Assembly (NCBI GenBank): GCA_963796455.1
Contig: CAWCLO010000002.1
Coordinates: 160,001-224,000, forward strand
Source: Candidatus Sulfomarinibacteraceae bacterium
Lineage (GTDB): Bacteria; Acidobacteriota; Thermoanaerobaculia; Thermoanaerobaculales; Sulfomarinibacteraceae
DNA: 64,000 nt
Reading direction: 5' to 3'
The notes under the pieces: generated by a model
Told to the model about the DNA's origin: nothing
The model's input: the letters and a program-made list of their open reading frames with translations, nothing else
Databases searched by the model: none
In this document: positions 30,479 to 41,006 of the stretch, piece by piece
Numbering within the stretch: the first letter of the stretch is position 1
How the letters are laid out: each line of letters begins with the position of its first letter
Program-made: the position numbers and the translations under genes

Positions 30479-30767
30479 TGTGACCTCCTGTTTGATTAGA
30501 ATCCCATAGCGGAGGACTCCGATGACAGTGGAAACAGAGTCTGAGGCGATGAAATTCGCCGTGCGTCTCGGGGCGAACGTTTTTTTGTCCTCTTGAACGG
30601 CTTCCCGTCGAGGGCGACCCACTTTCGCCGGCCGGTTGAACGGTGACGGTCTCGGAGGTCGCGCAGCGGCGTATCAAGAAACTCTGTCTCGAGCGCGACA
30701 TCGAGGAATCGAAAGAGGAAAGATGATCGCCTGACAGTTGTGGTAGGTTTCAGGAGGGCTGTTTCCT

Positions 30768-31796
30768 GTGCAAACACTGCGGCTCGAGGCTTCGCAACTC
30801 GGTGCCCTCACCGGTGCACTGATGACCTGGGGACCGGTATGGGCGCCGGTGGAGACCGAGCCGGGAGTCTTTACGTTGCAGGTGGTGGACGATGAGGCGA
30901 CGGCCCGTCCCGACGCCCTGCGTACCGTGATTCCGTTCAAAAAGCTCCTCCTTCCGGCGAGCTTCGCGATGGTCAGGGGAGGTTTCGGCGACCCGGGCCG
31001 TGCCGATGACCTTGCGGGTGAAGCTGGTCGAGGACCGCAGGTGCTCTTCGGAGCGCACGCCTGCGATATCCATGCCCTGAAGATCCTCGATCTCCTCTAT
31101 CTCTCCGACTATGCCGATCCGTACTACGCCGCGAACCGCAACCACCTTTTGGTGGTCGGATTCGGGTGCTGGCCGGATGACAAGTGCTTTTGCGACTCGC
31201 TCGGAACTTCGACCTCGGACGACGGTTTTGATCTTGCTCTGACCCCGCTCGACGGGCGATTCCTGGTGACCGTGGCGACTTCGAAGGGCGATGACGTGGT
31301 GCGGTCCTGCCGGCACCTCTTCGAGCCCGCCACCTCCGACGACATCGGTGACTACCTGATCCGGTTGCGCGAACGGAGAGCAGCCTTCAAATTGCGGCTC
31401 GACGTGACCGACCTGCCCTACGTGCTGGAGATGAAGAAGGAGGACCCGGTCTGGGACGAACTGGCCCGCAAGTGCCTGTGTTGCGGCTCGTGCTCGATGG
31501 TCTGTCCGACCTGTTCGTGTTTCAATGTCGCCGACCGGATCGACGAGGATGGCACGGCATCTCGCATCCGGTCGTGGGACTCCTGCCTCTATCGTGACTA
31601 TGCGGTGGTGGCCGGAGGCCACAACTTCCGCGCCGATCGTGGGGACAGGGTGCGCACACGTTATTACCACAAGCAGGAGGCCTTCGTACGAGAGTTCGGT
31701 ATGCCGTCGTGCGTCGGCTGCGGCCGCTGCATCGAGAACTGTCCCACAGGCATCCACGTCGTCGAAGTCTTCCAGTACGTGCGGGGTGAGCTGTGA
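30768..31796 (+). CDS. hydB: Group 3b [NiFe] sulfhydrogenase beta subunit (4Fe-4S, AsrA-like)
   Basis: CLCCGSCSMVCPTCSC, WDSC, CVGCGRCIENCP. Confidence 0.88.
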   Translation: MQTLRLEASQLGALTGALMTWGPVWAPVETEPGVFTLQVVDDEATARPDALRTVIPFKKLLLPASFAMVRGGFGDPGRADDLAGEAGRGPQVLFGAHACDIHALKILDLLYLSDYADPYYAANRNHLLVVGFGCWPDDKCFCDSLGTSTSDDGFDLALTPLDGRFLVTVATSKGDDVVRSCRHLFEPATSDDIGDYLIRLRERRAAFKLRLDVTDLPYVLEMKKEDPVWDELARKCLCCGSCSMVCPTCSCFNVADRIDEDGTASRIRSWDSCLYRDYAVVAGGHNFRADRGDRVRTRYYHKQEAFVREFGMPSCVGCGRCIENCPTGIHVVEVFQYVRGEL

Positions 31797-32683
31797 CCGT
31801 GATTCGAAGCCCGGCGGGCGACGGCGGGCGCGAGCTGGCCACCGGCTCGAACCCCTACCTGCCGGCTCCGGCGCGCATCCTGCAGGTCACCGAGTTGGTA
31901 CGGGACACCCACCTCTTCGAGCTGCGATTCGAAGACCCCCCGCTCGCCGCCGCCTTCACCTATCGCCCCGGCCAGTTCGTCGAGCTGTCGGTCCTCGGGG
32001 TGGGCGAAGCGCCGTTCTCGCTGCCGTCGTCACCGACCCGCCGGGGAAGCTTCGAACTCGGCATCCGCAGGGCGGGCGTGCTCACCAGCTATCTCTTCGA
32101 CCACCTCGGCGAGGGCGACACGGTCGGCATCCGTGGGCCTCTCGGCAACGGGTTCCCGGTCGACCGATTCGGCGGTCACGACCTGCTTCTGGTCGCGGGT
32201 GGACTGGGGATGGTCCCGCTCCGGGGGCTCCTCCAGTATCTTGTTGACTCGCGCGAGAATTTCGGTCGGGTGGTTCTGGTCTACGGGAGCCGCAGCCCGG
32301 ATCGGGTGCTCTTCCGCGACGAACTCGAGCTGTTGGCGCGGCGCGGCGACGCCGAAATCCTGTTGACGGTCGACGAAACCGGCGGTTCGGCCTGGGACGG
32401 CCGCCGCGGATTCGTGACCGAACTGCTCGACGAGGTGAAGCTGGATTCCGCGCGCTCTTTTGCTGTGGCATGTGGGCCGCCCGTGTTCTACAAATTCGTC
32501 CTCGAAAAACTGGTAGCGGCGGGCTTCGGTAAGGACCGGATCCTTTTGAGCCTGGAGCGACGGATGGAGTGCGGTGTCGGCAAGTGCGGCCACTGCGCCG
32601 TCGGCTACACCTTCACCTGCCTGCACGGACCGGTGTTCAGCTACTGGGACGCCGTCAATCTGCCGGAACTCATCTACGAATGA
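31793..32683 (+). CDS. hydG: Sulfhydrogenase gamma subunit (FAD/NAD(P)-binding, 2Fe-2S)
   Basis: PGQFVEL, RGPLGNGF, AGGLG, CGPP, MECGVGKCGHC...CLHGPVF. Confidence 0.9.
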   Translation: MTVIRSPAGDGGRELATGSNPYLPAPARILQVTELVRDTHLFELRFEDPPLAAAFTYRPGQFVELSVLGVGEAPFSLPSSPTRRGSFELGIRRAGVLTSYLFDHLGEGDTVGIRGPLGNGFPVDRFGGHDLLLVAGGLGMVPLRGLLQYLVDSRENFGRVVLVYGSRSPDRVLFRDELELLARRGDAEILLTVDETGGSAWDGRRGFVTELLDEVKLDSARSFAVACGPPVFYKFVLEKLVAAGFGKDRILLSLERRMECGVGKCGHCAVGYTFTCLHGPVFSYWDAVNLPELIYE

Positions 32684-33477
32684 ACGACGTGACTTCGAAG
32701 CCGAGAGTCGGGATCTTCGGTCTCACCGGTTGCGCCGGGGACCAGCTGCAGATCCTCAACTGTGAGGATCGGCTTCTCGAGTTGGCGCGAGACCTCGACA
32801 TTGTCGACTGGGTGATGGCAAAGACCGACAACGACCACGACTGCGCGCTGGACATCGCGTTCGTCGAGGGTGTGGTGGCGACCGACCGCGATCTGGAGAG
32901 TCTCAAAGCGGTCCGCGAGCGCGCCGCCGTGCTGGTTGCGATCGGGACCTGCGCCGTGTGGGGCGGTCTGCCGGCGATGCGGAACGGCCTCTCCGAAGAT
33001 GTCCTCGGACGCGAGACGGACGGCGTCGGCAACCCGTCCATCGAGATCGCGGAAGCTCGGCCCGCCGCCGATTTCGTGCCCTTCGATTTCCGGCTGCCCG
33101 GATGCCCCATCGAACGCGGCGAGTTTCTGGCCCTGGTGCGCGCCGTGCTTGCCGGGACCACGCCCGAGCTTCCCGCGATTCCGGTGTGCTGGGAGTGCAA
33201 GACGTCCGAGCTGCCGTGCCGGGTGATTTTTCACGACGAGGTGTGCTGCGGCGCGATGACGCGCGGCGGCTGCGGGGCGAGGTGTCCGACTCACGGCATC
33301 GCCTGTGCGGGGTGCCGCGGGCCGGTCGAAGAGCCTCACTATGACGCCAACGTCGCCATGTTCTCGGACCGCGGCCTGTCGTGGCAGGACATCGCCGCGA
33401 GGATGCGGGTTTTCTCGGCCCCGGTGTGGATGACGATGGGGCTCGAGCGCGAGGCAAGAAGGGGCGACGATGAGTAG
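32680..33477 (+). CDS. hydD: [NiFe] hydrogenase small (delta) subunit
   Basis: GCAGDQ, GTCAVWGG, PGCP, CWEC...CCG..TRGGCGARCP..CAGCRG; ATG 32680 overlaps the upstream stop. Confidence 0.9.
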   Translation: MNDVTSKPRVGIFGLTGCAGDQLQILNCEDRLLELARDLDIVDWVMAKTDNDHDCALDIAFVEGVVATDRDLESLKAVRERAAVLVAIGTCAVWGGLPAMRNGLSEDVLGRETDGVGNPSIEIAEARPAADFVPFDFRLPGCPIERGEFLALVRAVLAGTTPELPAIPVCWECKTSELPCRVIFHDEVCCGAMTRGGCGARCPTHGIACAGCRGPVEEPHYDANVAMFSDRGLSWQDIAARMRVFSAPVWMTMGLEREARRGDDE

Positions 33478-34771
33478 GACGGTGACGATTCCCCACCTCG
33501 GGAGGGTTGAAGGGCACGGCGGAATCCACGTAAGCCTCGCGGGCGACAGCGTGAACGAGGTCAACATGGATATCCACGAAGGCAGCCGCTACTACGAGAA
33601 GCTGCTCGTGGGCAAAGATTTTCGTGACGTACAGGGCATCATCACCCGGGTCTGCGCCATCTGCTCGGCCGATCACACGGTGGTCGCGCTGTCGGCGCTC
33701 GAGAAGGCGCTCGGCATTGGCGAAAGCGAACGCACGTCGGTGTTACGCGGATTGCTGTTACACGGGGCCGCCATCGAGAGCCACGCCCTTCACGTCTTCG
33801 CCCTCGCGCTGCCGGATTTCCTCGGCTTCGACTCGGTCATGGCGATGGCGCAGCAATTTCCCGGCGAGGTGACCTTTGCCCTGCGTCTGAAGCAGCTCGG
33901 AAATCAGATCCAATCGGTGGTCGGCGGCCGCGCGGTGCACCCGATCAACGCCCTGGTCGGGGGTTTCGGCAAGCTTCCGCCCCACCGCGCGATCGAGTCG
34001 CTGCGCCGCGATCTCGAAGAGGTCGTCGACCCTCTGATGGATGCGGTCGGTCTGCTGGCGTCGATCGATGTTCCCGAATGGGCTGCCCGGGAAACCGTGT
34101 ATGTCGCGCTGCGCCCTCCGGGTGACGATTTCGGTTACCGCGGCGACTCGATTCGCACCTCCGGCGGTGTGGAGTTCCCGGTTGAGGAATACGGCGAGGC
34201 GCTGCGCGAGTTTTCGGTCGAGCACTCCCGCGCCCGACACGCGGCATTGGAGTCCGGCGAGACCTACATGGTCGGGTCCCTCGCCCGGCTCGCGCTGTGG
34301 GGTGACCGCCTCCGTGGTCGCGCCGCCCGGGCCTTCGGCGAGCTCATTCCCGGCGGAGCGGTGAACAACGTGCTGCTCAACACACGCGCCCAGCTGGTGG
34401 AAACCGTCCACAGCGTGGAGTCGGCGATCGAGACCTGCGGACTGCTGCTCGGTTTCGATGAAGTCGAAACCGAGCAACAGGAGGTCGAGGGCCGGGCGGG
34501 GAGGGGAGTGGCGGCCATCGAGGCGCCGCGGGGCACCCTGATCCACGAGTACGAGCTCGGCGCCGACGGTCGGGTGACGGCGGCCAACGTGGTCACGCCG
34601 ACGGCCCAGAACCTGGCCAACCTGGAACGCGATCTCCGCAGCTCGGGCAACCGGTTGCTCAACGATACCGGCACTCCCGAAGTCGAGCTGAAGCGGAGTT
34701 TCGAGATGATCGCGCGCGCCTACGACCCGTGCATTTCGTGTTCGGTTCACGTGGCGCGGATTCAGGAATGA
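33470..34771 (+). CDS. hydA: [NiFe] hydrogenase large (alpha) subunit, group 3b
   Basis: RVEGHG, L1 RVCAIC, EAPRG, L2 DPCISCSVH followed by a short cleavable tail. Confidence 0.95.
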   Translation: MSRTVTIPHLGRVEGHGGIHVSLAGDSVNEVNMDIHEGSRYYEKLLVGKDFRDVQGIITRVCAICSADHTVVALSALEKALGIGESERTSVLRGLLLHGAAIESHALHVFALALPDFLGFDSVMAMAQQFPGEVTFALRLKQLGNQIQSVVGGRAVHPINALVGGFGKLPPHRAIESLRRDLEEVVDPLMDAVGLLASIDVPEWAARETVYVALRPPGDDFGYRGDSIRTSGGVEFPVEEYGEALREFSVEHSRARHAALESGETYMVGSLARLALWGDRLRGRAARAFGELIPGGAVNNVLLNTRAQLVETVHSVESAIETCGLLLGFDEVETEQQEVEGRAGRGVAAIEAPRGTLIHEYELGADGRVTAANVVTPTAQNLANLERDLRSSGNRLLNDTGTPEVELKRSFEMIARAYDPCISCSVHVARIQE

Positions 34772-34775
34772 CGCC

Positions 34776-35273
34776 ATGAGCGGCCGTCGAAACCATCCGG
34801 GGGCGGTGGCGCCCGAACCCGCCCGGCTGTTAATCGTTGGCCTCGGCAATCCCCTGATGGGTGACGATGGAATCGGGCACGCGGTTGTCTCGGGCCTGCA
34901 GAGCAAGGGGCCGATTCCCGGCGTCCGCGTCGAATTGCTGGCCGGCGATATCCTCGGGCTGGCAGACCTTTGGGCTGGAGAGCCGGATGTGTGGCTGGTT
35001 GATGCCGTTGATGGCGGCCGGAGGGAAGGGCGGATTCGCGTCTTGAGCCACCGGGAGCTCCTCGACCTGCCCACGGACGGGCTCTCCGTGCACCAGCTGA
35101 GCCTCGGTTCGGGCCTCAACTGGCTGCTGCACGGGAGGCCTGAAATGGCGGCGATTCGATTCCGCCTTTATGGCATCGAGATCGGTGTGGTTCGTCCCGG
35201 GGGGGGGTTGAGCCGCTCCGCCGAAGAGGCCGCCTCGGCACTCGTCGAGACGCTGCAGACGGGCATCAGATGA
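34776..35273 (+). CDS. Hydrogenase maturation endopeptidase
   Basis: GLGNPLMGDDGIG, LVDAV, SVHQL. Confidence 0.92.
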   Translation: MSGRRNHPGAVAPEPARLLIVGLGNPLMGDDGIGHAVVSGLQSKGPIPGVRVELLAGDILGLADLWAGEPDVWLVDAVDGGRREGRIRVLSHRELLDLPTDGLSVHQLSLGSGLNWLLHGRPEMAAIRFRLYGIEIGVVRPGGGLSRSAEEAASALVETLQTGIR

Positions 35274-37018
35274 CCGAGGTAGCCGCTCAACCCATCGAGA
35301 TCGGCGCTCTGGTCACCGGGCTGGGCGGTGGGCTGGCGCTCTTCCTCTACGGAATGCAGCGCATGACCGAGGCACTGACCACCGTCGCCGGCGGCGGCAT
35401 GAGGAACCTCTTGGGCCGTCTGACCAGAAACCGGTTCACGGCTGCCCTCGCCGGGGCCATCACCACAGCGGTGGTCCAGTCCTCGTCGGCCACCACCGTT
35501 CTCGTGGTGGCTTTCGTCTCAACAAATCTGTTGACCCTGAGCCAGGCCATCGGTGTGATCATCGGTGCCAATGTTGGCACCACGGTGACGGCCCAGATCA
35601 TCGCCTTCGAGGTCCACAAATACGGCCTGCTGATGATTGCGGTGGGTTTTCTCATGGATCTGGTGGGGAAGGCCGAAAGGGTCAAGCAGTGGGGCGTGGC
35701 CCTGATGGGGCTGGGATTGATCTTCTTTGGCATGGAGCTCATGAGCGCCGCAACGGGCCCGTTGCGATCCTGGCCTCCCTTCATTGCCTGGATGCAGGAA
35801 CTGCAACATCCGCTGGTGGGTATTGCCGTCGGCATGCTCTTCACGGCAGTGGTCCAGAGTTCATCGGCCACGACCGGCATCGTCATCGTACTCGCCAGCC
35901 AGGGTCTTTTGTCACTGGAATCGGGCATCGGCGTGATCTTTGGAGCCAACATCGGGACCTGCGTGACCGCCATTATTTCGGCCATAGGCCGGCCCCGCGA
36001 AGCAGTCCAGGCGGCTGTCGTGCACGTGATCTTCAACGTCGGCGGCGTGGTGTTGTGGATGTTCTTCATCCCCCAGATCGCTGAAATCGTAAGGAGTTTC
36101 TCGCCGGTGGCCGAGGACCTGGCCGGAGTGGCAAAACTGGCAGCGGAGACCCCGCGCCAGATCGCGAACGCACATACGCTTTTCAACGTCGGGAACGCGC
36201 TGCTCTTTATCTGGTTCACTCAGCCACTGGCTCGCCTGGTGGACAGGCTCGTTCCGGAGCGACCCCAACCGAAAGGTGCCCTGCCCCTTTACCTGGAACC
36301 TCTCTTTCTCGAGCAACCGGCAGTAGCGCTGGATCAGGTCCGGCGAGAGCTGGTGCGCCTGGCTGCATATGACCGGGCCATGTTGGAGGATTGCCTTGCC
36401 GTGGTCACGACGGGATCCCGAAGCGAGGTGGCGGCTTTGGCCAGGGCCGACGATGACGTGGATGCGCTCCACGGCGCCATCGTCACCTACCTGGGCAAGT
36501 TGTCGCAGCAGGATCTTGTCGGATCTCAACCGAAACAGCTTCACCGCTTCATTGTTATAGCTAACTACCTGGAGGCCTTCGCCGACGTCATCGAGGCCAA
36601 CATCGTGGATCTCGCCGAGAAGAGATTGGACCTGGCGTTGACTGTCAGCTCCTCGACAATTCGGGTGCTCGAGCCCCTCCACAGGCAGATTTGCCACAAC
36701 TTCGACCTCATGCTCGGAGCCTTGAAGACAGGAGATCAGGAGGCAGCGGGGATGGTGGCTCACAAGAAGAAGGTGGTGAAGAAACTGGCGGAAGACGCCA
36801 CCGAGCACCTCGCGCGACGTCTCATCGCCGACGAGCCCAACCGTCTCGCGGCATTTCAGGTGGAAACGGACATCATCGAGAGCCTCCAGAGGCTCAATGC
36901 GTTGACCCGACTTGTTGCTCGCCAGTTGGAGGAGATTCCCGGATCTTCAGATGTGGCTCGGAAGCAAATCGAGCCAACGGAAAAGAAGCAGACCCCCTCA
37001 CCCGATGCGACTCCCTGA
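35270..37018 (+). CDS. Na+/Pi cotransporter (NptA/YjbB-like) with PhoU domains
   Basis: Two QSSSATT and GAN[VI]GT repeats; IANAHTLFN; PhoU-like C-terminus. Confidence 0.92.
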   Translation: MTEVAAQPIEIGALVTGLGGGLALFLYGMQRMTEALTTVAGGGMRNLLGRLTRNRFTAALAGAITTAVVQSSSATTVLVVAFVSTNLLTLSQAIGVIIGANVGTTVTAQIIAFEVHKYGLLMIAVGFLMDLVGKAERVKQWGVALMGLGLIFFGMELMSAATGPLRSWPPFIAWMQELQHPLVGIAVGMLFTAVVQSSSATTGIVIVLASQGLLSLESGIGVIFGANIGTCVTAIISAIGRPREAVQAAVVHVIFNVGGVVLWMFFIPQIAEIVRSFSPVAEDLAGVAKLAAETPRQIANAHTLFNVGNALLFIWFTQPLARLVDRLVPERPQPKGALPLYLEPLFLEQPAVALDQVRRELVRLAAYDRAMLEDCLAVVTTGSRSEVAALARADDDVDALHGAIVTYLGKLSQQDLVGSQPKQLHRFIVIANYLEAFADVIEANIVDLAEKRLDLALTVSSSTIRVLEPLHRQICHNFDLMLGALKTGDQEAAGMVAHKKKVVKKLAEDATEHLARRLIADEPNRLAAFQVETDIIESLQRLNALTRLVARQLEEIPGSSDVARKQIEPTEKKQTPSPDATP

Positions 37019-37215
37019 CTGCCGGTGCTTCTCCCGGTGCCGCGGAGGTGGATCAGGTCGGTCGCATCCACCTGGATTCCGCACGACCGCTCTCACAATG
37101 CAACAATGGTGACCGTTCAACCCGTCGAACCCGTCCGCACCCATCTCCGCAAGTAACGCAGAGAGGTGAACCGTTCGGTGAGTTTGATGCTCGTCAGGAG
37201 ACTCCAGGAGGAACA

Positions 37216-38475
37216 ATGGCAACTACTCTTATTCTGGTCGTGAGCGTAACGTTGATCGTCTCGGGTTTGTGCTCGCTGCTCGAAGCGACCCTCTATTCCA
37301 CCCGGGTCGCCGTTCTCGAGGCCGCGAGAGCCGACGGACAGCACGTCGCCACCGCCGGGCACATGCTGGATTTGAAACGAAACGTCTCGAAGCCGACCTC
37401 GGCCATTCTGATCTTGAATACAATCGCGAACACGGCGGGGGCTACGGTAGCTGGCATGCTTGCTGCGCAGGTCTGGGGCGGGAGCGCGGTCCCCTTGTTT
37501 TCGGCCGGCCTGACCGCCGCAATCCTCTTCCTATCCGAGATCCTCCCAAAAACCTTTGGGGCCCTGCATTGGCGGGGCATCTGGCCGTTCGTCGCTCTGC
37601 CGCTGAAAGGGCTGGTAACCGCCCTGCGACCTTTGATTTGGGTGACGGAACATTTCTCTTCGTTGTTCGTGGCGCGAGGTCGCAAGACGCCGGTCACGAC
37701 GGAGGCGGAAATCGTGGCAATGATCCAGATGGGGGCCGGAGCAGGGCAGTTGACCCATACCGAGACCGAGCTACTGACGGCGGTCTTTCATTTTGACGAG
37801 TTGTTTTGCAGTGACGTGATGATTCCGTGGACGAACGTTGTCCGGCTCGACGCGTCGTGGTCCCGTGAACGTTGCATCGAGGTCATTCGCGAGGCCGGCC
37901 ACAGCCGCTATCCGGTCTCTGACGGCGAGGGCAACGTGCTCGGCGTCCTGCGCGTCGCCGACCTCTTGATGGCCGGACCCGACGTCAGCCCCGGCGAGGT
38001 GCTGCGGTCGGTGATGAAGGTGCCGGAGTCACTGTCCGTGCCGACGCTGCTGCGCAATATGCAAGCCGAAAGGCTCCCGATCGCCATCGTCGTGGACGAG
38101 TACGGCAATACCACCGGATTCGTGACGGTGGTGGATCTCATCGAGGAGATCGTCGGTGTGCTGGGCGACGAAAAGACCTCGGGCGAGCCGGAGCTCAAGC
38201 GGGAGGAAGGCGGCGTTTATCTGATTTCCGGGGTCCTGCCGACCTCGCGGGTCGAACGCGACATCGGTATCGAGCTGCCGGAGCGGCCGAACGCTCGTAC
38301 GATGTCAGGATGGCTTGCAGCTCACCTGGGGCGTCTCCCCCGGGTTGGCGACGAGGTGGTCGTGCCCGGAGGAACCATCAAGGTAGAAAATGTTGTCAGC
38401 CACCGAGCGGATCGTATCCGCGTGGTCGTCGACGACCCGGACACTCCGGATGAGCCTACCGACGGTCCGGTTTAA
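37216..38475 (+). CDS. CNNM/CorB (HlyC/CorC) family Mg transporter: DUF21-CBS-CorC
   Basis: CSLLEA, ILILNTIANT, SEILPK, HSRYPV, VVDEYG, DLIEEIVG. Confidence 0.92.
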   Translation: MATTLILVVSVTLIVSGLCSLLEATLYSTRVAVLEAARADGQHVATAGHMLDLKRNVSKPTSAILILNTIANTAGATVAGMLAAQVWGGSAVPLFSAGLTAAILFLSEILPKTFGALHWRGIWPFVALPLKGLVTALRPLIWVTEHFSSLFVARGRKTPVTTEAEIVAMIQMGAGAGQLTHTETELLTAVFHFDELFCSDVMIPWTNVVRLDASWSRERCIEVIREAGHSRYPVSDGEGNVLGVLRVADLLMAGPDVSPGEVLRSVMKVPESLSVPTLLRNMQAERLPIAIVVDEYGNTTGFVTVVDLIEEIVGVLGDEKTSGEPELKREEGGVYLISGVLPTSRVERDIGIELPERPNARTMSGWLAAHLGRLPRVGDEVVVPGGTIKVENVVSHRADRIRVVVDDPDTPDEPTDGPV

Positions 38476-38599
38476 TCGGTGAATCGAGGAGGGAAAGACG
38501 GGCATCAATCGAACGGATTTCCGTGAGTTTCTCCCAGCAATTCGTGCTTCATTCGGGCGGTATCCAGAAAGTCTCTTGAGTCTGAAGACCGCAGGCTGT

Positions 38600-38770
38600 C
38601 GGATATATAATTGCGCCGTCGGTTCGGGGACCGACCCGGCCGCATTGCTCGGCTGCGGCGGCTACCTCTATCTCGGAAACCGCGTCGTGCTCTGGGCCGG
38701 GTACGACTTCGGTCTGACCTCAGCGTCCCCGGACGGAACGGCAAAGCTCGGAGTCTCGTTCGCGTTCTGA
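38600..38770 (+). pseudogene. Remnant C-terminus of an outer-membrane beta-barrel protein
   Basis: YLYLGNRVVLWAGYDFGLTSASPDGTAKLGVSFAF* has alternating beta pattern and terminal Phe, with no N-terminal part. Confidence 0.45.
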
Positions 38771-38850
38771 CGACCCCTCGGCAACAACCACCACCGTTCC
38801 CGAGGTCGCGTGGATCTCGTGAAAAGTAGACTTCACCATATTGCGAGAGC

Positions 38851-40248
38851 TCACGAGTGGTTCCCCCGCGAGTCAGGGAAGGCAAACGCCAAACTCACAA
38901 GAACGAGACCGGACGCCCCGAGGCCGAAGAAGACCGGGTCGAGCGGGAGCTCGACCTTGGCGACAGCCAGGAAGACGGTGAGAGAGCCCCCTGCCAGGAT
39001 GCTCCAAAAGGCTGCCGTGCCGCTGACACGACGCCAGAACAGCGCACCCAGGGTTGGAATAAAGAGACCGCCCACCATGAACGAGTAGGCGAGCAGAATC
39101 GAGTCAAGCACTCGTGGCACGTACAGAGCGAAGCCGACAGAAGCGAAGCCGACCACCAGGGTCAAGACCCGAGAGAGAACGAGCAGGGATTTCTCAGACG
39201 ATGACGGAGCGACGTGCCGGCCGACAATATCGTCGACGAGGTTTCCGACGCTGGCCAACAGGCACGAGTCGGCGGTCGACATGATGGCGGCGAAATAGGC
39301 TGCGAGCACGAGTCCGGTTGCGCCGACCGGCAGCACGTCCCGAATCAACAAGGGCAAGCCCATCTCAGGATCCGCCGCCGGATAGAGCACCCGGGCAAAC
39401 ATGCCGAGGGTTGCTCCGATGAATGCCATGGCCGGGTACTCCAGGAGCCCTGCCATGTACCAAGCTCTCTTGGCCGTGGCCACGTCTTTCGAAGCGTGGA
39501 TTCTCTGATACAGAGTCATTGCGACAAACCAGATCGGTACGATGGTCACCATCCACGTGACTACCTGCAGGCCGGTGACGTTTCCAAGGGAGAAAAACTC
39601 CGGGGGCAAGGCGGCACGGAGACCGGTCCACCCGCCTACGGCCGAATAACCCAGTGGAAGGCCGAGTACGATGAGTCCGACAAAGAGGATTCCCCACTGC
39701 ACCGTGTCGGTGTAGACCACGGCCTGCAATCCACCGAGCGCGGTGTAGACAACGATCACCACCGACATGGTGAGCACCGCGGTTGTCAGGTCGATGTCGA
39801 AGGCCGCCGATGCCAGCTTGCCCCCAGCGAGGAGCTGTGAGCCGGTAAAGCCGGCATACCCGACTGCCGAGACCAGCGCCGCAACCAAACGAGTTGGCTC
39901 GCCGAATCGGTAGGCCAAAAAATCGGGAAAGGAACGGTGAGAGTGTGCCGCACCAAGGACCTTGACTCTTGGTATCAGCACCACCGCGGTAATCCACGCG
40001 CCAACCAGGCCTGTGAAGAGGAGCCACGAAGCCGAAAGACCCATGACGAAGCCAAGCCCTCCGAGCCCGATCGAGAATCCGCCGCCGACGTCCGTTGCCA
40101 CGACCGAGAGACCGATATGACCGGAGCCCATGGCTCTGCCGCCAACAAAATAGTCGTCGAGGCCTTTCTGGCGGCGCTGGAAGTAGACACCAACCGCCAA
40201 CATGGCGATGAAGTACACAGCGAGGATTGCGAAGTCTATGATCTGCAC
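38851..40248 (-). CDS. Sodium:solute symporter (SSS family)
   Basis: [30 protein letters not shown]; about 13 TM. Confidence 0.93.
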   Translation of the reverse strand: MQIIDFAILAVYFIAMLAVGVYFQRRQKGLDDYFVGGRAMGSGHIGLSVVATDVGGGFSIGLGGLGFVMGLSASWLLFTGLVGAWITAVVLIPRVKVLGAAHSHRSFPDFLAYRFGEPTRLVAALVSAVGYAGFTGSQLLAGGKLASAAFDIDLTTAVLTMSVVIVVYTALGGLQAVVYTDTVQWGILFVGLIVLGLPLGYSAVGGWTGLRAALPPEFFSLGNVTGLQVVTWMVTIVPIWFVAMTLYQRIHASKDVATAKRAWYMAGLLEYPAMAFIGATLGMFARVLYPAADPEMGLPLLIRDVLPVGATGLVLAAYFAAIMSTADSCLLASVGNLVDDIVGRHVAPSSSEKSLLVLSRVLTLVVGFASVGFALYVPRVLDSILLAYSFMVGGLFIPTLGALFWRRVSGTAAFWSILAGGSLTVFLAVAKVELPLDPVFFGLGASGLVLVSLAFAFPDSRGNHS

Positions 40249-40410
40249 ACTGAGTTTCCAAACGGACGTTCAAGGGTGGACCGATAGAACCGGGAAAAAT
40301 ACATCGTGCTCAAAATAAAGTAGACCACAACGATGGTCAAATGTGATGGACACAATGGATTTCGGTCAGTTCTCCTTTGGACTCGTCTAGAATGACCGTG
40401 GAGGTTCGGC

Positions 40411-40971
40411 GTGTCCCCGAGTCAATCCAACAACCAAGATCAACCCAGTTTGACGGCCACGCAGGTCATGGCGGCGTTGCGGAGGATCATTCGGGCGATC
40501 GACCTGCACTCCCGGACATTGGTTCGGCGATACGGTCTGACGGGGCCGCAGTTGGTGATTCTGAAGGAGTTGGTTGAGACCTCGCCGCAATCAGTGAGTT
40601 CGCTGGCAGCAGCTGTCAACCTCAGTCAGGCCACCGTTACCGGGATTCTCGATCGTCTCGAGCGCAAGACCATGATCACAAGACGGCGTGATTCAAAGGA
40701 TAAGCGTAAAGTGATGGTCTCACCAACCTCAGCGGCTGAGGATGCGCTGGCAGGTGCGCCACCACTTCTCCAGGAGCACTTCACGGATGCGTTTGCCGGT
40801 CTGGCGGATTGGGAGCAGACTCAGATTCTCTCCTCTCTGCAGCGAATCGTCGTCCTGATGGAGGCCGGGAGCGTCGAGGCCGGGCCCATTCTCACGACTG
40901 GGCCTCTCGACGCGACGCCGGAGGAGACCGAGGCATTTCTGGAACCGACGCAGGCGGAGAACGGGGCCTAG
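40411..40971 (+). CDS. MarR-family regulator, EctR/CosR-like
   Basis: ALRRIIRAIDLHSR..GLTGPQL..LSQATVTGILDRLE..APPLLQE..WEQTQILSSLQRI resembles the EctR subfamily. Confidence 0.88.
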   Translation: MSPSQSNNQDQPSLTATQVMAALRRIIRAIDLHSRTLVRRYGLTGPQLVILKELVETSPQSVSSLAAAVNLSQATVTGILDRLERKTMITRRRDSKDKRKVMVSPTSAAEDALAGAPPLLQEHFTDAFAGLADWEQTQILSSLQRIVVLMEAGSVEAGPILTTGPLDATPEETEAFLEPTQAENGA

Positions 40972-41006
40972 AAGTTCCCTCGAGTTGGCTGGTTGGTCCC
41001 CAGGTC

